Shown here one piece after another: positions 8,379-17,868 of a DNA stretch of 64,000 nucleotides (positions are counted from its first letter, which is position 1; every line of letters begins with the position of its first letter). The translations under genes and the position numbers were made by a program. Location: contig JAGALD010000044.1 of the NCBI GenBank assembly GCA_017625395.1, forward strand, positions 1,248 through 65,247, read 5' to 3'. The notes under the pieces were generated by a model that ran no database searches, was not told the DNA's origin, and was given only the letters and a program-made list of their open reading frames with translations. The stretch comes from Bacilli bacterium (lineage in GTDB: Bacteria > Bacillota_I > Bacilli_A > RF39 > UBA660).

Positions 8379-9770
8379 TTTTACAAACACACTACCTTTA
8401 AATTCAATCTTATTTGACTTAAAAATAGGATTTTCTAAAACTTTATCTAACTCACTTTTAGGTCTACCAAATTCATCATACATGCTTATATCATTAAATT
8501 GTGTAGAGGTATATGTTCCCCAATTATTAATTTTAGTTACATCAAACTTATCAAATCCCAACTTAATTGCAAGCTTAGCAGTATCAACTAATTCAGTATA
8601 ATTATCTTTTTGTAAAACAAATAATATACTAACTGACTTAACTCTTCCTTCTTTTCTCGCAATAGAAAGATTTACCAAATTCCTCATCAAAATATCGAAA
8701 TTACCACCTAATCTTAATGACTCATAAGTTTTTTTAGTACATGCATCTAAACTGATTAAAAACTCTATATCACTATATTTTTTACATAATTTATCTAAAG
8801 TATTTTTTGATAACAAAGTACCATTAGTATGAATAATTATTGAATTTCTCTTATTTATCTTTTCAGAAAACAATATTTCTTTATAAGATTTGCTAAAGAA
8901 AACTTCACCATTAGAAGCCATAATAAGTTCATCCGCTGAATTTAACCATTTAGATGATTTAAGTTTCTTTACAAGATTATTATGAATATATGAATATAGT
9001 TTTTTATTATTATTATTTAAAAAACAAGTTCTACAACTTTTACACTTTAAGTTACAACTTTCATCAAATGCAATACATACTGTTTTAGGATCATTACTTG
9101 CCACTAAATCATTAAATCTTGAATCTACTTTTTTCTTTTTCTTTAAAAGTGGACAGTTCTCAAAACTGCAAAAAGCATAAGTTTTATTTATTATTGATAA
9201 CCTAAATAGTCTAGCTCTTGTCGAATTCCAAACTTTTTTAGGATTACTATATAAAATATTACCAATATGTTGAGTAGCCCATCCTTCACAACAAGGAAAT
9301 ACAAAACCATATTTTTGTATTTGAACATAATCAAATGGTTTACTACATCTTACATCTTCCTGTGAATCAGTATATATCATTTTTTTAAACATTTCACTAT
9401 TAGAAAGACTATATAAATTGTATTCTTCTTTTTTACGTCTTTTATATAAAGAATCTAAAACTCTTGCCCTTAAAGACATTTTATCATCCAATATTTTACC
9501 AAAATCTTCTAAATAAATATAATCTTTAAATTCTCTAAAATTTAACTTATCAAACTGTTTAATATCAAAATTATCTTTCCTATCGCATATAACAATTATA
9601 TTATTTAATTTACGTGTTAATTTTTTAATATATATACACTCTTTATTATTATATTCATTGATTTTTCTATCAGTAATATATTTTTCAACTTTTATATTTG
9701 GAAACATGTATTCAAAATCTTCTTGAAATCTTCCTAGTTTATACAAAATAACTTTTTTATAGTACTTCAT
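8373..9770 (-). CDS. radical SAM enzyme with an N-terminal twitch/SPASM-like Cys motif
   Basis: The CxxxCxxC motif is CNLKCKSC. Upstream of it lies C-x12-G-x4-C (CSKPFDYVQIQKYGFVFPCC) followed by CSFENC. I place the start at the ATG at 9770, which follows a GTGAGGA RBS; the M at 9782 in the track is a GTG inside that RBS. Confidence 0.7.
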   Translation of the reverse strand: MKYYKKVILYKLGRFQEDFEYMFPNIKVEKYITDRKINEYNNKECIYIKKLTRKLNNIIVICDRKDNFDIKQFDKLNFREFKDYIYLEDFGKILDDKMSLRARVLDSLYKRRKKEEYNLYSLSNSEMFKKMIYTDSQEDVRCSKPFDYVQIQKYGFVFPCCEGWATQHIGNILYSNPKKVWNSTRARLFRLSIINKTYAFCSFENCPLLKKKKKVDSRFNDLVASNDPKTVCIAFDESCNLKCKSCRTCFLNNNNKKLYSYIHNNLVKKLKSSKWLNSADELIMASNGEVFFSKSYKEILFSEKINKRNSIIIHTNGTLLSKNTLDKLCKKYSDIEFLISLDACTKKTYESLRLGGNFDILMRNLVNLSIARKEGRVKSVSILFVLQKDNYTELVDTAKLAIKLGFDKFDVTKINNWGTYTSTQFNDISMYDEFGRPKSELDKVLENPIFKSNKIEFKGSVFVKK

Positions 9771-9844
9771 AAAAATCCTCACTCAATCAAAAAAATTATA
9801 TCATCTAAAAATCTATAAATCAAATAAACAACAATACTATCTAG

Positions 9845-9870
9845 AAAAAAAGAAATGCACAAAGCATTTC
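9845..9870 (-). terminator. rho-independent terminator after the surface protein gene
   Basis: The stem is gaaatgc (9852-9858) pairing with gcatttc (9864-9870). On the minus strand it is followed by T7. Confidence 0.65.
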
Positions 9871-9872
9871 AA

Positions 9873-11720
9873 TTATTTATTATTTTTATTATATTTTATA
9901 AGTCCAATTATAAATACTACAAATCCAATTATAAAAATAACAATTGAACTAATAAGCGTTAAATCAAGTTCTTCACTAGATTCTTTATTAACATCATCTT
10001 CTACTGCTATGTCTTCTTTCGTATCCTCATTATTTTTGTTAGTCTCATCAATAAATTTTACATTTATATTATACTCACGAGTTTCACTACCATCTTCTGA
10101 TACAACTTTTATAACAACAACACTACCATCTTGAAGATTTTCATTTCCAACTATTTCATAAGTAGCCTTATCATTTAATAAAGAAACTTGAATATCTAAT
10201 TTTTCAATTTTTTTAACTTCTAATTCATAACTAACAGGAATATTTGCTATCGCTTTTCCCTCTATAATTACTTGCTTGATTGTAGCATTAGACTTTAATT
10301 TTTCTTCCGTTACTTCTTTAAAAACATTAATTGTATAATATCTCTCATCTCCGCTTTCAGAAACAATACCAACTTTTATTACATTATCTCCATCAACTAA
10401 AGTAACTTTTCTATTTCCATATCCTTCAATATATTTAGATTTTGGATCAAAGAGCTCAGAAGAAACTTCAACTTCTTCAATATCACTTCCGACAGTAACA
10501 TTATAAGAAGTAGTAGCCGAATTAAATCTAAAAGAGGCTTTATCAATACTAAGTGATTTTAAAGTATTTGTCTTACTTCTATCATCTTCTCTTGTTATCT
10601 CTAAAAAATATGTATTTGTTTTACCACTTTCACTAGTAACATCTATTTTTAAATTATTTATACCATATTGAAGCTCTTTTACCCCAATATCTCCAGTAAC
10701 TTTTGATTTAGAATCTGTTTTTTCTACAGATACATTAATTGAAGATGCTTTAACACTTTGAGAATAAGATAGCCTATTGCTAGAAAAATCAGTTAAACCT
10801 ACTCCATCAATATTAATAACATTTAAAGTATTAACATCACTTTTTACAACAATTTCTTCTTCCTTTACAGTTATTGTCTTCTTTACAGAATCACTTTTAT
10901 AAATAACATCCGCTACCTTACTATATCCAATTTCAATATCTTTTAATAAAATATCTTTACTTGTAGCAACACCAGATTTTAATGTTATTTTTCCGATTTT
11001 AGTACCAGATTCAAATGCATCAAAATTTGAAATTGAAACACGTGTAACATGATCATCATCAACAACACTATTATTTAAATTAACATTTGCAATCTCATAT
11101 ATAACATTACTCTTAGCACTTCCATCTAAAGTAAATTTAACATAATCTACAATAGTATTAGTAAAATTTAAACTAACATCACATACTAGACTTTCATTAA
11201 CTAAGATAACATCCTTTGGACAATTAATACTAACAGTAGCACTACTTGTATCATCAACAGTAACACTACCAAGAACTTTAACATTTTTAGAAAGTGACGC
11301 TTCCGTTGTCTTATTAACCCCAAGAGACATCAATTTTATATCAGAAAAAACAATTTCATCATTAACTGAAATAGAATTCTTTGGTGCTGTCAAAGTTACA
11401 CCCGCAATTTTAGTAGTCGTTGTAATTGGATTTTCAAATTTACATTCACTAACTTGAATTTGATTACTTCCACTACTAGCTTTAATACAAGAAGATAAAT
11501 CAACTAAATCAACCTTATCAAGTGACACATTCAAAGTTTTTGTATTAGCATTAAACTGAACACTTTCAACAGAATCATCAACCACTTCTACTATTACATC
11601 ACACTTCAAAGATTCCCCTGCTTTAATTTCTTCTTTAGGACATTCAAATTTTAAAGTACTTGCATCAACATTAATCATAAATCCTAAAAAAGCAAAAATT
11701 AAAAACGAAATTTTCTTCAT
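9873..11720 (-). CDS. cell-surface protein: signal peptide, two cohesin-like modules, three cadherin-like beta-sandwich modules, C-terminal TM anchor
   Basis: Signal peptide MKKISFLIFAFLGFMINVDA. Modules beginning CPKEEIKAGESLKCDV and CPKDVILVNESLVCDV look cohesin-like. Three modules of the type LKSLSIDKASFRFNSATTSYNVTV look cadherin-like. The C-terminus has a hydrophobic helix followed by KYNKNNK. Confidence 0.55.
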   Translation of the reverse strand: MKKISFLIFAFLGFMINVDASTLKFECPKEEIKAGESLKCDVIVEVVDDSVESVQFNANTKTLNVSLDKVDLVDLSSCIKASSGSNQIQVSECKFENPITTTTKIAGVTLTAPKNSISVNDEIVFSDIKLMSLGVNKTTEASLSKNVKVLGSVTVDDTSSATVSINCPKDVILVNESLVCDVSLNFTNTIVDYVKFTLDGSAKSNVIYEIANVNLNNSVVDDDHVTRVSISNFDAFESGTKIGKITLKSGVATSKDILLKDIEIGYSKVADVIYKSDSVKKTITVKEEEIVVKSDVNTLNVINIDGVGLTDFSSNRLSYSQSVKASSINVSVEKTDSKSKVTGDIGVKELQYGINNLKIDVTSESGKTNTYFLEITREDDRSKTNTLKSLSIDKASFRFNSATTSYNVTVGSDIEEVEVSSELFDPKSKYIEGYGNRKVTLVDGDNVIKVGIVSESGDERYYTINVFKEVTEEKLKSNATIKQVIIEGKAIANIPVSYELEVKKIEKLDIQVSLLNDKATYEIVGNENLQDGSVVVIKVVSEDGSETREYNINVKFIDETNKNNEDTKEDIAVEDDVNKESSEELDLTLISSIVIFIIGFVVFIIGLIKYNKNNK

Positions 11721-11778
11721 TACTTACACTACCATCCCTTATCATCGTCTAATATAAATTATAGCACCAATAAATTAC

Positions 11779-12474
11779 TTATTCAATAGAAGATTTGTTC
11801 ATTAATTCATAATAAACTTTTTCAGCTAATACAAAAAATATATCTTTATGCTCAATTAAATATTGTATATCACGTAAAAATTTCTCATATTTATCATCAT
11901 TAACATAAAACTTAGAAGTAGCATACCCATCTTTTCCAAACTTCTTTATCGCATGTCTATAAGAATCCTCAATTAAATCATCTTTTTCTAATTTTCCCAA
12001 ATTAAATCCTAAAGATGAAACTAAATAATCTTTAATTGAAACTTTTCTATCTGCAGAAGAAAGAATTCTTCCGTAAAAGTTTCTTGGCATTCTAGAAGAT
12101 GAAGCTCTATGATCCTCTATTGCATACCTTATTAAAAGCATATCTTCCCTATCAAAAAACTTATTAAGAAAAATATCATCATAAGCATATAAAGAAGATA
12201 AAATTTCATGTTTTTCTCTATCAACATGACACATTACATCATGAAACATTACACAAACATATAAAATATTATAATTAATATCATAATTTTTACTTATTTC
12301 AAATGACCTTTTCAACACATAATCAATGTGATTTTTACTATGTCCTTTATCATTTAACTCATAAATAGGAATAATATTATTAATACAATAATCTTTTAAC
12401 TCCAAACTAACTTTATCTAAACAACTATTTATATATAAATCATCAAATTGGCATTCTAAAAATTCATCTATCAT
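11779..12474 (-). CDS. HD-domain phosphohydrolase
   Basis: H...HD motif (KNHIDYV...MFHDV) and a later DH. I place the start at the ATG at 12474, which follows a TAGGAGTG RBS. Confidence 0.6.
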   Translation of the reverse strand: MIDEFLECQFDDLYINSCLDKVSLELKDYCINNIIPIYELNDKGHSKNHIDYVLKRSFEISKNYDINYNILYVCVMFHDVMCHVDREKHEILSSLYAYDDIFLNKFFDREDMLLIRYAIEDHRASSSRMPRNFYGRILSSADRKVSIKDYLVSSLGFNLGKLEKDDLIEDSYRHAIKKFGKDGYATSKFYVNDDKYEKFLRDIQYLIEHKDIFFVLAEKVYYELMNKSSIE

Positions 12475-12551
12475 AAACACTCCTAAAAACAATATAATCA
12501 TATTTTAACATTAAAAACTATTATCTTTATAATAATTTAATAATATTTAAC

Positions 12552-12580
12552 AAACAAAAAAGAAACACAAGTGTGTTTCT
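12552..12580 (-). terminator. rho-independent terminator after the kinase-like gene
   Basis: The stem is agaaacac (12561-12568) pairing with gtgtttct (12573-12580). On the minus strand it is followed by TTTTTGTTT. Confidence 0.7.
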
Positions 12581-12589
12581 TAAAATAAT

Positions 12590-13501
12590 TTAACTATTTG
12601 CTAAAGCATTTCTTTTATTAACAGCTTTTACTTTCTTATAAACTCTATCTTTGGCCCTACATATATTTTCATCAGTTAAACTATCCAAATAAGGCATTGG
12701 ATTCTCATTTTGCTGATTAGTAACAATTTTACTAAAGACATCAATTAACTTTCTATCTACTCCAATATAATCTAAATAGTTTAGATATTCATAAAACTCT
12801 TCTAGACTAAAATCATCTGCATCTTCACCTAAAAGATAATTTAATATCATTATTGTATAACAATATAAATCAGATTGTTCATCAGCAGTAACATACCCTA
12901 AATATGGTTCTTTATTAAATTGATACTTACCTTTAACTTTTGTAAGTAATGATAAAGGTGTTAAGTATCTTCCAGGCATTGACTGATTATTACCAATTTT
13001 ACAACTATCTAAATCAATAACATTTAATTGTCTCTTATCAGGATTAGCAATAAAATTAGAGTCATGCATATCACCAATATAAATATCTTTTAATGGAGTA
13101 TAACTTCTAATAGCTTTAAGCTGTTGAAGAATCTCCCCAATTTTTTTCAAATAATATATGTGTTCTTTTTTATCAAGAGATTTATCGTTTAAAATCGAAA
13201 CCAAAGGAATACCATCTATCTTCGGTAAAATAAATCCTTCAACATTACCACCAACAGTTACCAAAGCTTCTGGAATACAAAATTGATCAGGTAAATACCT
13301 TCTATTAGCATCAAGCATCTCAACAGTATAAAGTTTATTAGCAAATCTTTCTCCTTCTTGATGAAATAATCTTTTTAATACCTTTGGTGCACCCTTATAT
13401 CTAAAATCATACATTTCAGCTTCAGTACTCATAACATCACGAGATAACACTAAAGGTTCTAAAGTTTCAAATTTTTTTCTTGATAATTGGATAACATTCA
13501 T
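12590..13501 (-). CDS. protein-kinase-like fold protein (atypical kinase/phosphotransferase)
   Basis: Catalytic-loop-like GDMHDSNF (D...N) and DFG-like VIDLDS. I saw no canonical GxGxxG loop. Confidence 0.45.
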   Translation of the reverse strand: MNVIQLSRKKFETLEPLVLSRDVMSTEAEMYDFRYKGAPKVLKRLFHQEGERFANKLYTVEMLDANRRYLPDQFCIPEALVTVGGNVEGFILPKIDGIPLVSILNDKSLDKKEHIYYLKKIGEILQQLKAIRSYTPLKDIYIGDMHDSNFIANPDKRQLNVIDLDSCKIGNNQSMPGRYLTPLSLLTKVKGKYQFNKEPYLGYVTADEQSDLYCYTIMILNYLLGEDADDFSLEEFYEYLNYLDYIGVDRKLIDVFSKIVTNQQNENPMPYLDSLTDENICRAKDRVYKKVKAVNKRNALANS

Positions 13502-13555
13502 AATACCACCCCTAATTTGGGCATATTATATCACATTTTTACAAAAAAATCTAGT

Positions 13556-14206
13556 CTAAAGTTTTATAAACATATCTTTACCTACACCACACCTTGGACA
13601 TTTCCAATCGTCTGGCAAATCTGAAAATTTAACACTTTCCTTTGAATCATCATAAATATATCCACAAACACTACATTGATACTTATTAGATCCTTCTAAA
13701 ACCACTTCTTCTTCTACATAAGTAGGAGCTTTTTTAGGTGATTTTCCCTTTAAAACTTCATGATAATATTTATAAGTCATTGGACTTTCATCACTTAATT
13801 TAACAGAATCAATAACTTTTCCAATAAATAAATCATGACTACCACAATCAACAACATTAATAACATCACAAACAATATAACTAATCATATCTTCTTTTAC
13901 TACAGGAACATCTAAAACTTCTTCATATAAAATATTTTCAAACTTATCTACATCTTTTGAAGAATGATATCCAAAAACAGATATAACTTTATCACTAGCA
14001 CTCTCTTTTAAAATTGAAACAGAAAATCTCTTTTTATTTTTTATAACCTCATTAGTATAATTTTCCTTATTTACACTTATTGCTACAGTAGGATTACTAG
14101 ATGTAATTTGTATTAATGTATTTATAAAACAACCAACATTTTTTTCATTACTTGTTGAAACTACATACATACCATAGCTTATATCTCTAAAAACCTTTAA
14201 ATCCAT
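13556..14206 (-). CDS. flavin reductase-like domain fused to a C-terminal rubredoxin (high-molecular-weight rubredoxin type)
   Basis: The N-terminal region, with YGMYVVST, is flavin-reductase-like. The C-terminus [12 protein letters not shown]...DWKCPRCG has the two CxxC pairs of rubredoxin. The start ATG at 14206 follows an AAGAGG RBS. Confidence 0.75.
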   Translation of the reverse strand: MDLKVFRDISYGMYVVSTSNEKNVGCFINTLIQITSSNPTVAISVNKENYTNEVIKNKKRFSVSILKESASDKVISVFGYHSSKDVDKFENILYEEVLDVPVVKEDMISYIVCDVINVVDCGSHDLFIGKVIDSVKLSDESPMTYKYYHEVLKGKSPKKAPTYVEEEVVLEGSNKYQCSVCGYIYDDSKESVKFSDLPDDWKCPRCGVGKDMFIKL

Positions 14207-14326
14207 ATTAACCTCTTTTCTATAAATGTACACTTATTATTTTAAGATATTTTTTGTCGAAAAAGAAGATATTTTTATATTTATAAAATTAAAACTATAA
14301 AAATAAAATTTTATAGGAGGAAATAT

Positions 14327-16933
14327 ATGATTTCAAATAGCACTAATGGATTAAATAATGATGAAGTAATAAAAAGTCGTGAAAAATATGGTAACAATTC
14401 ACTAAAAGAAATCAAAACTAATAGCTTTTTACATTTATTTTTAGAGTCACTTGGAGACCCAATAATTAAAATTTTACTTATAGCACTTGCTATTAAAGTA
14501 ATTTTTTTGATAAAAGATTTTGATTGGTATGAAACAATTGGGATTGTTATTGCAATATTTGTAGCATCCTTTATATCATCAATATCAGAATACGGAAGCG
14601 AAAAGTCATTTAAAAGAATGCAAGATGAAGCAACTAAACTTAGTTGTAAAGTAAAAAGAAATAATAAAACAGTTTCTATTCCTATTGAAGACATAGTAGT
14701 AAATGACATTGTAGTATTAGAATCAGGTGATAAAATCCCAGCAGACGGAATTATTGTTGAAGGAAACATTTCAGTAGACGAATCATCACTAAATGGCGAA
14801 GCAAGAGAGATAGAAAAATATGCAGTAACAAAAAACATAGCTGAAGAAAACAAAGTATTTAGAGGAACTACTGTATACTCCAAAAGAGCATTAATGAAAG
14901 TAACTTCTGTTGGAAATAACACTGTATATGGAAAAATGAATTTGGAACTTAGTGAATCTTCCCCTACTAGTCCCCTAAAATTAAAACTTAAAGATTTAGC
15001 AATGACCATTAGCAAAATTGGTTATGTTGGAGCAGTACTCGTTTCACTATCATATATTTTTTCAATGATTTTTATAAAAAACAATTTTAATAAAGAATTA
15101 ATATTAGAAACAATAACTAATTTTCCTTTAATGTTTAGCTACATTCTACATGCACTAACACTATCTGTTACAATTATCGTAGTAGCAGTACCTGAAGGTC
15201 TACCTATGATGATAACACTTGTTCTATCATCTAATATGAAAAGAATGTTAAAAAATAATGTATTAGTTAGAAAAATGATAGGTATTGAAACAGCAGGAAG
15301 CATAAACATACTTTTTACAGATAAAACAGGAACATTGACAAAAGGAAAACTTGAAGTAATTGAATTATTAGATGGAACGCTTAAAAGTTACCACTCAGAA
15401 GAAGAATTATTAAAATATCCAAAATATCATGAAATAGTTAGAACAAGTATTATTTATAATACAGACAGTTTCTATGATAATAATAAAATTATAGGTGGAA
15501 ACATAACAGATAGAGCAATATTTGCATTTATACATACAAAACCAAACAAAAAAATTACTACAATAAATAAAATACCATTCGATAGTAAAAATAAATATTC
15601 TAAAACAACTGTCGACTATAATGGAAAATTAAATCTAATTAAGGGTGCACCTGAAAAAATAATTCCACATTGCACTCACTATTACAACCAATATCAAGAA
15701 AAAAAATCATTAACAAACAAAATAAAAATAGATGATTATATAAAAAATATTACAAAAAATGGTATAAGAGTAATAGTTTTAGCAACATCTGAAAAAGATA
15801 CTTTCGATAATCTAACGTTAGTAAGCATTATTGCAATTAAAGATGATATAAGAAAAGAAGCAATCACTGGATTACAACTAGTAAAAAAAGCAGGTATTCA
15901 AACTGTCATGATAACAGGAGATAACAAAGATACCGCAACATCAATTGGAAAAGAATTAGGTCTTGTAGAAAATAATAATGATATCATAATTACATCATCA
16001 GAACTCAATGAAATGACTGATGAAGAAGTAATAAAAATTCTTCCAAAATTAAAAATTGTAGCACGTGCCCTTCCAAACGATAAAACAAGATTAGTAAAAT
16101 TAGCACGAAAGATAAACTTAGTAGTTGGAATGACAGGAGATGGTGTAAACGATGCACCTGCCCTAAAAAATGCAGATGTAGGATTTGCAATGGGAAGCGG
16201 AACAGAAGTTGCAAAAGAAGCATCTGACATAGTAATACTAGATGATAATTTCTTATCCATATCAAAAGCCATACTTTACGGGCGAACAATTTTTAAAAGC
16301 ATTAGAAAATTTATTATATGCCAATTAACAATTAATTTATGTGCTATTGGTCTTTCATTCATCGGATCATTTATAGGAATTGATACACCTGTTACTGTAA
16401 TCCAAATGCTATGGATAAACATGATAATGGATACATTAACCGGTCTTGCATTTGCATTTGAACCACCACTATTAGAATATATGAACGAATCACCCAAAAA
16501 GAAGGATGAGCCAATTATAAATAAATATATGCTTGGAGAAATAACTTTCACAGGCCTTTATTCTTTTATATTATGTATATTATTTTTAAAATTACCATTT
16601 TTTAATAATTTTTATAGACACGATTCAAAATACTTAATGTCTGCGTTCTTTGGATTATTCATATTCATTGATATTTTTAACAGTTTTAATGCAAGAACAC
16701 ATAGATTAAATTTATTTTCAAATATTTTAAAAAACAAAGTATTCTTAACTATAGTAATAATAATAACTATAATTCAAATTATCTTAATATACTATGGTGG
16801 AAGTTTATTTAGAACAATAGGATTAAGTTTTATAGAACTACAATTAATGATTTTAATAGCAAGCACAGTAATTCCAATAGATTTTCTAAGAAAAATATAT
16901 CTAAGAAAAAAAGGAATAATTGGCGGAGTTTAA
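14327..16933 (+). CDS. P2-type (Ca2+-transporting) P-type ATPase
   Basis: Phosphorylation site DKTGTLT, TM4 motif VPEGLP, plus TGDN and GDGVNDAPALK. Length 868 aa. Confidence 0.85.
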   Translation: MISNSTNGLNNDEVIKSREKYGNNSLKEIKTNSFLHLFLESLGDPIIKILLIALAIKVIFLIKDFDWYETIGIVIAIFVASFISSISEYGSEKSFKRMQDEATKLSCKVKRNNKTVSIPIEDIVVNDIVVLESGDKIPADGIIVEGNISVDESSLNGEAREIEKYAVTKNIAEENKVFRGTTVYSKRALMKVTSVGNNTVYGKMNLELSESSPTSPLKLKLKDLAMTISKIGYVGAVLVSLSYIFSMIFIKNNFNKELILETITNFPLMFSYILHALTLSVTIIVVAVPEGLPMMITLVLSSNMKRMLKNNVLVRKMIGIETAGSINILFTDKTGTLTKGKLEVIELLDGTLKSYHSEEELLKYPKYHEIVRTSIIYNTDSFYDNNKIIGGNITDRAIFAFIHTKPNKKITTINKIPFDSKNKYSKTTVDYNGKLNLIKGAPEKIIPHCTHYYNQYQEKKSLTNKIKIDDYIKNITKNGIRVIVLATSEKDTFDNLTLVSIIAIKDDIRKEAITGLQLVKKAGIQTVMITGDNKDTATSIGKELGLVENNNDIIITSSELNEMTDEEVIKILPKLKIVARALPNDKTRLVKLARKINLVVGMTGDGVNDAPALKNADVGFAMGSGTEVAKEASDIVILDDNFLSISKAILYGRTIFKSIRKFIICQLTINLCAIGLSFIGSFIGIDTPVTVIQMLWINMIMDTLTGLAFAFEPPLLEYMNESPKKKDEPIINKYMLGEITFTGLYSFILCILFLKLPFFNNFYRHDSKYLMSAFFGLFIFIDIFNSFNARTHRLNLFSNILKNKVFLTIVIIITIIQIILIYYGGSLFRTIGLSFIELQLMILIASTVIPIDFLRKIYLRKKGIIGGV

Positions 16934-16937
16934 AAAA

Positions 16938-16960
16938 AAATACTCATAGAGTATTTTTTT
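16938..16960. terminator. bidirectional terminator between convergent genes
   Basis: The stem is aaatactc (16938-16945) pairing with gagtattt (16949-16956). An A-run lies on the left and a T-run on the right. Confidence 0.65.
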
Positions 16961-17813
16961 AAATTAACAATTCAATCATTTCAATAATAACACCTGATAT
17001 AACACCCATAGCATATACTAATGATAAAATAATTAAATTTTCTTTTAAATTTTTATTTGACTTAAATAATACTAATATAGCAACTCCACTACCAGTTAAC
17101 AAACCTGCCATTGCAGTTCCTAAAGATATTGCATTACTTAAATAAAGTTCAGTTATTATAACACTTGCTGCACAGTTTGGAATTAAACCAACCAGACTTG
17201 AAACAAAAGGTCCAAAAATACTATTCTTAAAAAATATTTTAGAAATATTTTTTTCACCTAAAGTCTCTATAAAAAAAGTCAAAATAAATGTTGCAATAAA
17301 AATAAATAAAAATGTACTTAATGTATGTTTTAAGCTAGAAAGAAAAATACCTTTTTCACAATGACAATCATCATCATCACAAATATGATAATCAACTTTT
17401 TCTTTCTTTCTTTTTCTCAAAAATAAATCTATCAAGAATCCAAAAAACAATCCAAAGAATAATTTAATACCCAATAGTTTTAAAATAAGAGAGATTTCTA
17501 CATTACTAGATAATAATATAGGTAACATTTCATCACTAGTAGACAAATAAATAGCAATTAATGTACCTAAACTAATTATTCTAGTCACATATAAATTAGT
17601 AGCCATAACACTAAAACCACATTGTGGAAAAAGTCCCAAAACGCCACCTAACAAAGGCCCCATATTACCTGATTTTGCGATAATTTTTTTCGCCTTTTTA
17701 TTAAATTTATGCTCTATTAACTCAATAATTAAGAAAGCTAAAAATAAAAAAGGAAATAATTTAATAACATCTTTTATTGAATGTATTAAAGTATGAACTA
17801 ATATCTCTTTCAT
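16959..17813 (-). CDS. polytopic membrane protein, putative heavy-metal exporter (ArsP_2-like) with internal two-fold repeat
   Basis: Two similar halves carry GLFPQCGFSVMATNLY and GLIPNCAASVIITELY. The central loop is YHICDDDDCHCEKG. Confidence 0.45.
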   Translation of the reverse strand: MKEILVHTLIHSIKDVIKLFPFLFLAFLIIELIEHKFNKKAKKIIAKSGNMGPLLGGVLGLFPQCGFSVMATNLYVTRIISLGTLIAIYLSTSDEMLPILLSSNVEISLILKLLGIKLFFGLFFGFLIDLFLRKRKKEKVDYHICDDDDCHCEKGIFLSSLKHTLSTFLFIFIATFILTFFIETLGEKNISKIFFKNSIFGPFVSSLVGLIPNCAASVIITELYLSNAISLGTAMAGLLTGSGVAILVLFKSNKNLKENLIILSLVYAMGVISGVIIEMIELLI

Positions 17814-17868
17814 AAATATTCACCGTCAACATTATATTATTAGATTAAATGTCAGTCAAGATACTTAA

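Noticed and set aside
14311-16551. Long antisense ORFs inside the Ca2+ ATPase gene (14311-15015 at 234 aa, plus 15898-16272, 16005-16289 and 16276-16551)
   Set aside because: They lie fully within a well-supported P-type ATPase gene on the other strand. Their sequences are low-complexity and S/L/F/I-rich, they have no RBS, and they have no recognisable domains. They are shadow ORFs of an AT-rich gene.
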